Shown here one piece after another: positions 31,291-39,885 of a stretch of 64,000 bases of DNA. Where the stretch lies: contig CBDCDS010000003.1 in NCBI GenBank assembly GCA_965215365.1, positions 1,472,001 to 1,536,000 on the forward strand. The letters are read 5' to 3'. This DNA comes from Gammaproteobacteria bacterium (GTDB lineage: Bacteria > Pseudomonadota > Gammaproteobacteria > Eutrophobiales > Eutrophobiaceae). The notes under the pieces are model-generated. The model was given only the letters and a program-made list of their open reading frames with translations. It searched no databases and had not been told where the DNA came from. How positions within the stretch are numbered: position 1 is the stretch's first letter; each line of letters starts with the position of its first letter. A program made the position numbers and the translations under genes.

Positions 31291-32660
31291 CAGTCTGACA
31301 GTCTCTCCGGCAGGCGTTGGTAAATTCTATCAAATCCGCCATTACTCATGATCAGAATGTGCGCGCCGGGCTTGCCAATCTGTCGCAGATACTCCACGAT
31401 AGTTGCCACCTCAGGAAACAGGCGCAACCGATCGCCCAGGCTGCGCAGGCTGGCGCGCAAGTCCCAGGTCAGCCCCGGTGGCTCCAGCACACAGACCTGA
31501 TCTGCCTCATGCAGGGCGCCGGCCAGGGTATGTTTATGTATTCCCGCTTTCATGGTGTTGGAGCGCAACTCCAGCACCGCGATAAGAGGCTGGCCGCCGA
31601 TGCGACCCCGCAACGCCTGCAAGGCCGATTTGATGGCAGTCGGATGGTGCGCAAAGTCATCATATACCGAAATGCCGTTCACTGTCGCCAGCAATTGCAA
31701 ACGGCGTTTGACACTGTTGAACCCGGACAGGCTGGCACAGCCCTGCGTTATCGGGATACCGGCCTGCTGCGCGGCCAGCAGGGCGGCCAGGGCGTTGTCG
31801 GCATTATGTTGACCAAACAGAGACCAGCGCACCTTGCCAATTTCCCGGGGGGGCGCTTCCCGGTCGGCGTGAATGACCTGAAATTCGGTATAGTCAGCGG
31901 TGTGCGGTACGGTATGCCAGGCAGCAGACGCATTTCCGAACCGGGTCAGCGGCGACCAGATTCCCATTTCCAGCAGGGTATTGATAGGGGCGTTGCCGTC
32001 GCGGACGATGACCTGCCCGTTGCCCGGCACGGTGCGTAGCAAATGGTGGAACTGCCTTTGAATTTCCTCAATACCGGCAAAGATGTCCGCATGATCGTAT
32101 TCCAGGTTATTTATCACCAGTATATCAGGACGATAGTGGACAAACTTTGAGCGTTTATCGAAAAATGCCGTGTCATATTCGTCGGCTTCAACGACAAAAT
32201 AACCCGGCTCACCCAGGGTCGCGGAATACCCGAAGTTTTCCGGCACCCCGCCGATCAGGAAGCCGGGGTTCAGCCCGGCATCGTGCAACAACCAGGCAAG
32301 GATGCTGGCAGTGGTGGTCTTGCCATGGGTGCCGGCAACAGCCAATACCGTGCGTCCCGGCAATACCTGCTGCGCCAGCCACTGCGGTCCCGAGGTGTAG
32401 GGCAGTTTTTGCGCCAGTACATATTCCACACACGGGTTGCCACGTGCCAGGGCATTGCCGATAATCACCAGATCCGGCTTAGGGTCGAGCCGATCCGGTT
32501 TATAGCCCTGGCGCACTTCTATGCCGGCGCGCGCCAACTCGTCGCTCATGGGAGGATAGACGTTCTGGTCGGTTCCGGTCACCCGGTGTCCCAGTTGTTG
32601 CGCCAGTCGCGCCAGCCCCCCCATAAAGGTGCCGCAGATGCCGAGTAGGTGCAGATTCAA
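31290..32660 (-). CDS. mpl: Murein peptide ligase Mpl
   Basis: HLLGICGTFMGG, GTHGKTTT, EADEYDTAFFDKRSKF, DDFAHHP; TTG start at 32660. Confidence 0.96.
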   Translation of the reverse strand: MNLHLLGICGTFMGGLARLAQQLGHRVTGTDQNVYPPMSDELARAGIEVRQGYKPDRLDPKPDLVIIGNALARGNPCVEYVLAQKLPYTSGPQWLAQQVLPGRTVLAVAGTHGKTTTASILAWLLHDAGLNPGFLIGGVPENFGYSATLGEPGYFVVEADEYDTAFFDKRSKFVHYRPDILVINNLEYDHADIFAGIEEIQRQFHHLLRTVPGNGQVIVRDGNAPINTLLEMGIWSPLTRFGNASAAWHTVPHTADYTEFQVIHADREAPPREIGKVRWSLFGQHNADNALAALLAAQQAGIPITQGCASLSGFNSVKRRLQLLATVNGISVYDDFAHHPTAIKSALQALRGRIGGQPLIAVLELRSNTMKAGIHKHTLAGALHEADQVCVLEPPGLTWDLRASLRSLGDRLRLFPEVATIVEYLRQIGKPGAHILIMSNGGFDRIYQRLPERLSD

Positions 32661-32682
32661 TTGAAATTCCGTGAAAATTCTA

Positions 32683-32710
32683 TTGACACGATCCGATAAC
32701 TTCGTATAAT
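32683..32710 (+). promoter_or_regulatory. Consensus sigma-70 promoter
   Basis: TTGACA-N16-TATAAT with both hexamers perfect. Confidence 0.75.
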
Positions 32711-32755
32711 ACAGGCTGTTTGTTCCGATACAACCATAAGCAAAAAGAGATTTGA

Positions 32756-32950
32756 ATGAGCAACACTGCCCTGTACAAAGCATTGACCGAAGCGGGCGCG
32801 TCGAAAGAAAGCGCTGGCGCTGCCGCCGAGACCCTGAGCGAACGTCTGCACAAGATTGAAATAACTGTTGCTGAGCTGAAAATTACCACCCGGGTGACGT
32901 TGGGTCTGGTTTGCGCCTTGCTTGTGCTGATGTTAAAATCCACACTTTAG
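32756..32950 (+). CDS. Small coiled-coil protein with C-terminal membrane anchor (DUF1640-like)
   Basis: LYKALTEAGA..AAAE, heptad-like middle, hydrophobic tail; downstream of a consensus promoter. Confidence 0.6.
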   Translation: MSNTALYKALTEAGASKESAGAAAETLSERLHKIEITVAELKITTRVTLGLVCALLVLMLKSTL

Positions 32951-33055
32951 AGCAGTCCTCTTATTGTTTCATTTCCTCGCTCCGGCAAGGGGTCAAAGCG
33001 CCGTTGCACTGCGCCTGCTCCCGTTTGAGCATGTTCACAAGATGGGGAGAACGAC

Positions 33056-33532
33056 ATGCAGATAGATATTGGCATTTCCGAAGAAAACCGGCAGCAGATA
33101 GCCGCAGGTTTATCTAGGTTGCTCGCCGACAGTTACACTTTGTACCTCAAGACCCATAATTTTCACTGGAACGTAACCGGCCCGATGTTCACTACCCTGC
33201 ACACCCTATTTGAGCAGCATTATACCGAGCTGGCGACGGCGGTGGATGAGATTGCAGAACGTATTCGGGCGCTGGGCGTGGCGGCGCCCGGGTCTTACCG
33301 ACAATTCAGTGAACTGTCTTCCATCCCCGAGGAAACCGGCGTACCCGGCGCCGAGGAGATGATCCGACAACTGGCGCAGGGCCAGGAAGCCGTGGTCAAA
33401 ACCGCCAGGGGCATTTTCCCCGTCGTGGAAAGCGCCAACGACGAAGCCTCTGCGGACCTGTTGACCCAGCGCATGCAAATCCATGAAAAAAACGCCTGGA
33501 TGCTGCGCAGTCTGCTCGATGAGCGTGGTTAG
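33056..33532 (+). CDS. dps: Dps ferritin-like DNA protection protein
   Basis: HNFHWNVTGPMF..LH..DEIAERI, HEKNAWML. Confidence 0.96.
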   Translation: MQIDIGISEENRQQIAAGLSRLLADSYTLYLKTHNFHWNVTGPMFTTLHTLFEQHYTELATAVDEIAERIRALGVAAPGSYRQFSELSSIPEETGVPGAEEMIRQLAQGQEAVVKTARGIFPVVESANDEASADLLTQRMQIHEKNAWMLRSLLDERG

Positions 33533-33564
33533 CCCACAGCGCTTCACCTGGTGAGATATGTGGG
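33533..33564. repeat. Collapsed MITE derivative (two joined terminal repeats)
   Basis: TTAG-CCCACAGCGCTTCACC-TGGTGAGATATGTGGG-TCAG. Confidence 0.7.
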
Positions 33565-33923
33565 TCAGACTGCTACTGTTGATTTCCCTGTTGCTCTTCG
33601 GCGCCGCAGGGTGTGCAAAAGCGCCGGTAAGAAATACCTTCAACCAGGAAGAAATGGCACTGCTGGCCGAGACTAATCTGGCCTTCACCAGCTGCCTGCA
33701 GGAAGCTGCCCCGGAACAGCTCGAATCCAGCCCGGATGTACGCGTAGTGGCTGCAAATACGGTCGAAGTCTGCAACCCCATCCTGGACGAATTAAAAACC
33801 ACGCTGGAGCAAAACGGGGTCAACCCGGCTTTCTTCATGCACGCAGTCACCCGCATAAAAAACCGCGCCATCCGCCGCCTGCTGCCGCTGCTGATGATGG
33901 AGAAATCGAACCAAACGCCTTGA
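33558..33923 (+). CDS. Hypothetical lipoprotein
   Basis: Hydrophobic signal peptide ending AAGC (lipobox). Confidence 0.7.
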   Translation: MWVRLLLLISLLLFGAAGCAKAPVRNTFNQEEMALLAETNLAFTSCLQEAAPEQLESSPDVRVVAANTVEVCNPILDELKTTLEQNGVNPAFFMHAVTRIKNRAIRRLLPLLMMEKSNQTP

Positions 33924-34193
33924 CTGGCACCTTTATATTCAGGTAACCTCTAAAAATACCCTCCGTGGTATTTTTTGATGCGTCTCATCCTTGGGACGCC
34001 CCCTGCGGGCATCGAAGTGGATGTCCAAATCTGTTCCAAACAGATTGGTGAGACGGAAATGAAAAAGTATGATTTTTCATTTCCTTCATTTTCAAGCACT
34101 GACGTGCTTGCAGTGACTGGCAGCACATCCCTGTGCTGCACGGTCACCTCGTGTTTGTGAGAGGTGCCCTTCAGATATTGGCAGGAATTGTTC

Positions 34194-34433
34194 ATGTTAG
34201 TTACCGTAAAAAAATGGGGTAATAGCGCTGCAATACGCTTGCCGGCTGAGGTGCTGAATGCCGCGCAGGTTAGTCTGGAGCAGCGTGTCAGTGTACATGT
34301 GGAAGGTCGTAGAATTGTGCTCGACCCCTCCGAGGATGAAAATAGTCTTGATATGCTGCTTGCACAAATTACCCCCGATAACATTCACGGCGAAGTATCT
34401 TTTGGCTCCCCGACAGGCAAAGAATTACTTTAA
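34194..34433 (+). CDS. mazE: MazE/AbrB-family antitoxin
   Basis: VKKWGNSAAIRLP, LLAQITPDNIHGEVSFG..GKE. Confidence 0.9.
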   Translation: MLVTVKKWGNSAAIRLPAEVLNAAQVSLEQRVSVHVEGRRIVLDPSEDENSLDMLLAQITPDNIHGEVSFGSPTGKELL

Positions 34434-34684
34434 TGTCGTCAACCTATGTTCCCGACACAGGTGATATTATCTGGCTGGATTTCGACCCGTCAGCAGGACA
34501 TGAGCAGGCAGGACACCGGCTTGCTCTGGTTTTATCCCCGAAACTCTACAACAGCAAAACCGGACTGTTAATTTGTGTTCCTCTTACCAGTCAGATAAAG
34601 GGTTTTCCCTTTGAGGTTGGGCTTCAACAACGAACGCGAAGCAGACTACCTGGGCATTATCTGGGCTGTAGAAGCCGGTTATGA
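34433..34684 (+). pseudogene. mazF: MazF toxin, truncated after about 63 codons
   Basis: YVPDTGDIIWLDFDPSAGHEQAGHR..PLTSQIKGFPFEV, then unrelated sequence; the DQ-containing C-terminal half is missing. Confidence 0.8.
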
Positions 34685-34826
34685 TCCGCAGGGCGCTATC
34701 AGGCTACGCGACAACCCAATGAGAAAGAAAAGCGCTTGCAGAGGATACTGCATCTCTCATCCCCTCTCTGTCGAACGAATTATGAAGTCAAAGGCGCTGG
34801 CACGTCGCTTGTCACGCGATAACTAG
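34620..34826 (+). pseudogene. 3' remnant of an M48-family peptidase
   Basis: EREADYLG..AGYDPQGA..SHP..ERI; the HExxH region is absent. Confidence 0.65.
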
Positions 34827-34932
34827 CTCTCACCTCCTGCTAAATCTAAATGCTTATGCAGGGCACTGCGCGCCCTGACGGCATGTAACTGAAAAGTTTC
34901 AGGGTGGTAATTTTTCATTGTTATCGGTCCAT

Positions 34933-36651
34933 TCATTGGTGGAAGTCAGAAATAAGACCATCCATCTCCAGGAATAATGGCGCACCGGTAAATGAGAGCG
35001 GAGAGATTGGCCCGTAGAACATGAATGGGAATTTTTTGTTGCTTGAGGGGTCGATAAATGAGCGGTAGAACTTTGCGCCGGTATCATCGTTAATAGTATC
35101 CCTGATTTTGTTAAACTCGGAACCGCTGGTCAGGCCGTAGCCGAAAGCAAATATTCTGATTTGTCGCCTTATCTCCTCGTGTAAGGAATCGATGGTTTGG
35201 GTGATAAACATGTAGCCTATGCCGTATTTACGCGTCGTACGGACGGCATCAATGATGCTGGTGGTCAACTCCTTGATTTCCTGATCGTAGTTGTAGGTAC
35301 TGATAAAGCGATGTGCTTCGTCCATTACCACCAGACAATTTGCTTGTTCACCATTCGCATATAATTCTGCTCCTTTCTCTTTGATGGCATCTTCGATGAT
35401 TTTGATGAAAAGCGTTTGAATAGATTCCATCCCGCTTATGGCATGTCTGCCTGATATATTGAGCACTACCACATTCCCTGAGGCACGGACTACGTTTTCG
35501 ATAACATTCTCTAATCCAGTTTTGCCAGACTGAGAAAAAAGTTTGCATACATACATCCATATTTTTTGTGCCTCGTAATCTACGGAATTACTCACCATAT
35601 TCTCAATCCGCTTCTTTAAATTGTTGAGGTGCTGACCGCTTGAATAGACACTTGCAATGTATTTATCATCCTCGCCAAATCGCGTGATCATTGATTTAAG
35701 GAGAGAGTTGCTATCTTCATTTCCAATCGAAAAATTTGGATTATTCATCCTCCCCATAATGTAATCCTGTATCGCCTCTGCCATCAGTTCTCTTTTTTCC
35801 TGACTGTGAATCCTGAAGGCCTTTCTGACGAATCCGTAGTTCAGCAGTAGCATGCTGAATAATCTTGCGTCATTGGGTAACGCAACATCATCTGGTACTT
35901 TTAACTTCTTGTATTGCATTCCTGTTTTTGTGATCTCTTCTTCAAACTTGACTTGCCCCGGCAACACATTATTGTCCTCATAAAACTGCTCCTGCGGGTC
36001 AAGTATCAGGATACTCATTTTGTCGCTGTGTTGTGCGTAACCCAGAATCATGTTGGCGGCGGTGGTTGTTTTCCCGGACCCGGTTCGCCCAAAAACGCCG
36101 ATGTGGTAAGCATCTCCTCCTCCGCCTTCATCGGGCTTGCCGAAGTGTTTGAACCAGAATGGGACATTCACATTTGTGTCATAGGCTTTTCCGAGACAGA
36201 CAAGTTGTCCTTGGTATTGTTTCATTAATTCCTGCATAACTTCGTTAGTGATCCCCTTTACCGGCACACCGGTTGACGGAGAGTTTGCCAGTTTGTGGGC
36301 TTCGGATTTGTCGCTGGTCAAAATGAAGCTGGATTGAACATTAATCTTGGCAATACGGTTGTCGGCAACGCCGCTCAGATTTGGCAGCTTTCCATGCCGC
36401 TTGATGATCCCCTTGAATGAGGGTTCCTCATGCCATCTGTTTTTGGTCTCTATCTCGGTAATTTGCCCCAGGACAAGCACTGTGTTCTCGCCCTCTTTTA
36501 CATGAAAGCAAACCAATTCTCCAAGCAGCTTGCTCGTTTCATTTACCTCTTTAATATCAACGATAGCTTCAAAGGAACTGCTTGGGGAACCGACTACGCC
36601 GAGCGCCTGATCGTCAGAATCTAAAAGTTCAATAATATTCGTACTGGTCAT
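34933..36651 (-). CDS. HerA-family ATPase
   Basis: N-terminal HAS-barrel-like GVVGSPSS, Walker A GRTGSGKT, Walker B VVMDEAHRF, RTTRKYG arginine finger, ITQ. Confidence 0.9.
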   Translation of the reverse strand: MTSTNIIELLDSDDQALGVVGSPSSSFEAIVDIKEVNETSKLLGELVCFHVKEGENTVLVLGQITEIETKNRWHEEPSFKGIIKRHGKLPNLSGVADNRIAKINVQSSFILTSDKSEAHKLANSPSTGVPVKGITNEVMQELMKQYQGQLVCLGKAYDTNVNVPFWFKHFGKPDEGGGGDAYHIGVFGRTGSGKTTTAANMILGYAQHSDKMSILILDPQEQFYEDNNVLPGQVKFEEEITKTGMQYKKLKVPDDVALPNDARLFSMLLLNYGFVRKAFRIHSQEKRELMAEAIQDYIMGRMNNPNFSIGNEDSNSLLKSMITRFGEDDKYIASVYSSGQHLNNLKKRIENMVSNSVDYEAQKIWMYVCKLFSQSGKTGLENVIENVVRASGNVVVLNISGRHAISGMESIQTLFIKIIEDAIKEKGAELYANGEQANCLVVMDEAHRFISTYNYDQEIKELTTSIIDAVRTTRKYGIGYMFITQTIDSLHEEIRRQIRIFAFGYGLTSGSEFNKIRDTINDDTGAKFYRSFIDPSSNKKFPFMFYGPISPLSFTGAPLFLEMDGLISDFHQ

Positions 36652-36662
36652 GTTGCTAAAAA

Positions 36663-37853
36663 CTAATTAGTGCGGTAAGGAAAAATGAGTTCAAAATGTT
36701 TTTGTTGATTGAGCATAGGGTCATTACTGATAGCCTGATTCACAGCTTCCATTCCAAAAGAAATGTTTTTGGCTATCACATCTGCAAGGTATTGTGGATA
36801 TGGCTCTCTGATTTCCGGAGAAATAATCTGGCGTCGCAGGCTGCGAAAATATTTTTCCAGCCTTTGTGTATCCTCAGCAAGGTCTTTTTTGATTTCAAAC
36901 CTGAAAGCAGAAGAAAATGAATTCGGTTTGTAGTAGCAGAAATACAACTCTGATTTATGGCTATCTGTAATCTTGAACGGAGCAATGGCCTGGCCCAGAA
37001 GCGGGTTTAATTCGGTTTCGTTATCCACGCCATCAATTTCAAGATTACAAGCGATGTGTATTTGCTTCCACATAGCCTTGTCTTTTTCACTTTGCCCCAC
37101 AGAGAGGGGCTTGGTGTACTCGTCTTCATTCAAGATCATGGACATAAACACCTTGTCGTCCGCCTTGATGTCTAATTCATGCAAAACAGTATCAATAATT
37201 TCCCGGGAAGAAGAATACTTGGTAAGCCCGATAACAGCATCATCCGCAAAGGCATTGCTGATAATATCGGGAATATCAGGGATCACTTTTCTATAATTTT
37301 CATGCAAAAAATCGGAAAGAGATTGAACGTATGGTTGATCGGCCGCATCCCGATCATTGGCGCTTAACAGACTGTTGAGTTTAAGGATGGTCGTCAAATG
37401 AGAGCCATCCATGATCCTTATCTCCCGATCAGTCTCAGCAAGAATACTGAGCTCCATCAAAAACATGATCCCTTGTGACAGCCTGGTATTAGCAACATGG
37501 TGTGGCAGCACAGCCTGCCACTGCTGATACTGTCTCGCATCTGCTGGCCACGCGCTGGATTCCTGGTTGGAAAGACCATCGACACCCACAGCGAGCGCCA
37601 GTAGTATATCCGCGCTGGTTTTGTGCTCTATGATATTGGCGCCATCCGCCGCCATGATTGACGAGGTATATTCTCCTTCAGGACAGGTACGTATAATCGC
37701 TTGCTCATGCAGGGTTGCCCTGGCCCTATCTGCCTGCTCGGTATTTAATTGGACGGTTGCTGCCAGTTGTTTCGCCGTTTCCGGCGTTTTCTCCAGCATC
37801 TGCAGTAAAAGATCTTCCGGGAGGTAAGCATAGTCCTTATGCTGTTCAGTCAT
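36663..37853 (-). CDS. NurA-family nuclease
   Basis: IMAADGA and IMDGS acidic motifs, C-terminal PYPQYLAD..AK; directly upstream of HerA. Confidence 0.8.
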   Translation of the reverse strand: MTEQHKDYAYLPEDLLLQMLEKTPETAKQLAATVQLNTEQADRARATLHEQAIIRTCPEGEYTSSIMAADGANIIEHKTSADILLALAVGVDGLSNQESSAWPADARQYQQWQAVLPHHVANTRLSQGIMFLMELSILAETDREIRIMDGSHLTTILKLNSLLSANDRDAADQPYVQSLSDFLHENYRKVIPDIPDIISNAFADDAVIGLTKYSSSREIIDTVLHELDIKADDKVFMSMILNEDEYTKPLSVGQSEKDKAMWKQIHIACNLEIDGVDNETELNPLLGQAIAPFKITDSHKSELYFCYYKPNSFSSAFRFEIKKDLAEDTQRLEKYFRSLRRQIISPEIREPYPQYLADVIAKNISFGMEAVNQAISNDPMLNQQKHFELIFPYRTN

Positions 37854-39022
37854 GCCGGGAGGCCCACTACCAGGTTTTTACTACGTATCAGGTCCTCTTT
37901 TATGTCATGGAGGAATTGTTCTTTTGAAAACATGAGTTTTTCTTTCGCACAATCGCCAGACCGCTTTATCGCCCAGCGTTCTTGCCAATATTCAGTCAGA
38001 CCTTCTATAGTGCGCTTTTCCCACTGTGGCGCTTGACTTTGGTGAATAACAGCCTTGATATTTTGGGCCAGAGGGAACAGGTAAACGGCTCGTTTGATCC
38101 CGTGTCCCACGCCATTTTTGAAACCTAAATCACCCATCGCACGGTCGATAATTTTCATTTTAACCGACGGGCCATTACCAAAAGATCTACCCGCTTCAAT
38201 ATTATTCCTCCTGAGATAGTCAACAAATCCCTCGTATAAACTATTTGGAATATGAAATGAACCGCTCCCATGTGTGTAGCCGATAAAATCACAAACTCTC
38301 CTACCGTTAAACCGCAGCCGGTTATAGACACTGCTTTTGCCGTAAGCACCCGTGGTTGTAACAAAAAGCAGGTCGGCAGGTATGTTTCTCTTCTTCAACA
38401 GGGTTTTATAGTCTTTATATTTTTCATGAAATTCTGTCCGTATTTCGTCACACGTCAAGAGCAGAGCAACCAGTTTCCCGCCCAAAAACCTGTTGTAGGG
38501 GGGCAAGGCGCCAAGACGCTGAGCATTCATGGACTGGTTTATCCAGTAATCCCGCATATTTTTGGTAATGCCAAGATAATTGTCCCTGACACTCCAACTT
38601 AGAATCGGACTCTGTAATCCTATGAGGCCAACAGGAGCATTGTGGCAATCATCCCAGACAATAAAACGCATTTGCCGGCCATACGCCCTTTCATAAGGCA
38701 GGCTCCACCAGGTGAAATTCCACCAACGGAATAATTTTTCGTGTTCCGACCCGGATTGCACTGCAATCAGGCGAGGCCTGATTTTTGCTACGTCCAACTC
38801 TGCACTGTCCAGCATGAATTGTCTGGCTTTGGGGGTGAAGGATTCAATGAAATTAACATGTTCAGCAACTCGCTCCGCCCTGGAGATTGAATGAATATTT
38901 CTTATATCCGGCTTGTCATGTTCAGAGATATGGAAGGTACCGTCTCTGATTATGAATCCCTGTGAACGAAGTGCTTCGATGACTTCGTTTTTGAGCGTTG
39001 TTTCGGCTGGCGATAGATTCAT
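37850..39022 (-). CDS. DruA-like (DUF4338) protein
   Basis: WSLPY..GRQMRFIVWD..GLIGL..RDNYLG, LGALPPYNRFLGGKLVALL, TTTGAYGKSSVYNRL, IGYTHGSG; alternative TTG start at 39034. Confidence 0.82.
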   Translation of the reverse strand: MNLSPAETTLKNEVIEALRSQGFIIRDGTFHISEHDKPDIRNIHSISRAERVAEHVNFIESFTPKARQFMLDSAELDVAKIRPRLIAVQSGSEHEKLFRWWNFTWWSLPYERAYGRQMRFIVWDDCHNAPVGLIGLQSPILSWSVRDNYLGITKNMRDYWINQSMNAQRLGALPPYNRFLGGKLVALLLTCDEIRTEFHEKYKDYKTLLKKRNIPADLLFVTTTGAYGKSSVYNRLRFNGRRVCDFIGYTHGSGSFHIPNSLYEGFVDYLRRNNIEAGRSFGNGPSVKMKIIDRAMGDLGFKNGVGHGIKRAVYLFPLAQNIKAVIHQSQAPQWEKRTIEGLTEYWQERWAIKRSGDCAKEKLMFSKEQFLHDIKEDLIRSKNLVVGLPA

Positions 39023-39034
39023 TGAATTCGGCAA

Positions 39035-39553
39035 TTATAAACCTGCTGCAAAAGGATGCACTTTCATCAACGGCTTGAGTTCCTCCAGCGCGCGCCGGTA
39101 CACGTCTCGTTTGAAAAACACGACGTTTCTGGCCGGTTCGGAAAAGTCTGCCCAGCGCCAGTGGTCGAATTCCGGACGACGGCTTGACGACAGGTTGACG
39201 GCGCTTTCATCGCCGGTGAGTCTCAGCAGGTACCAGCGCTGCTTCTGGCCGATGCACAGGGGTTTGAGGTGGCGTCGGATGTATCGTTGCGGCAACTTGT
39301 AGCGCAGCCAGTTGCGGGTGGCGCCGACTATCTCGACATGCTCCGGCAACAGGCCGACTTCTTCGTGCAACTCCCGGTACATGGCTGCTTCCACGGACTC
39401 TTCCGGTCTGATACCACCTTGCGGAAACTGCCAGGCATCCGTGCCGACACGTTTTGCCCAGAATACCTGATGCTCATTATTAAACAGCACTATCCCCACA
39501 TTGGCGCGGAAGCCGTCTGCATCAATAATTTGTGAATCCCGTCTAACCCGCAT
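39035..39553 (-). CDS. rppH: RNA pyrophosphohydrolase
   Basis: [31 protein letters not shown] Nudix box, [19 protein letters not shown]. Confidence 0.96.
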   Translation of the reverse strand: MRVRRDSQIIDADGFRANVGIVLFNNEHQVFWAKRVGTDAWQFPQGGIRPEESVEAAMYRELHEEVGLLPEHVEIVGATRNWLRYKLPQRYIRRHLKPLCIGQKQRWYLLRLTGDESAVNLSSSRRPEFDHWRWADFSEPARNVVFFKRDVYRRALEELKPLMKVHPFAAGL

Positions 39554-39785
39554 ATCTCACCAAGTCGCTTGTTGCCTTATGAAACATTTCTGCTATCAAT
39601 AAGTTATGATAATACTGCTATTCTTTCCACCTGACACACCACGCTTGATGCGCCCTCGCTGGTCCTGGTTCTGCCTGCGGGCACGTGCTTGTTCAACCAT
39701 AGCTACCGCTATGGTTTCGGGCGCAGGCACCCGCAGGCAGAACCAATCCGGCGCGATCTTCGCATCACTTGGTGAGATATGCGGG
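39547..39785. mobile_element. 239-bp MITE copy 3
   Basis: Perfect 19-bp inverted termini CCCGCATATCTCACCAAGT; flanks CTAA / TTAG. Confidence 0.9.
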
Positions 39786-39885
39786 TTAGGCATTGTGTCA
39801 TACTGCTTGTGGAAAGCTGAACTTTTAACACAGATTGCATGACGCAACAAGTTACGGCCACCTCTGAAAATCAGCGGTGGACTGG

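Noticed and set aside
32696-32710. ATAACTTCGTATAAT equals a loxP arm plus two spacer bases
   Set aside because: There is no second inverted arm and no recombinase nearby; six of the bases are the -10 hexamer of a promoter, so coincidence is most likely
33950-34190. Short ORFs and a GCAGCAC/GTGCTGC hairpin upstream of mazE
   Set aside because: No recognisable family or second copy; cannot support a call
37850-39034. Complete Druantia system
   Set aside because: No DruE helicase or DruB-D genes in the window
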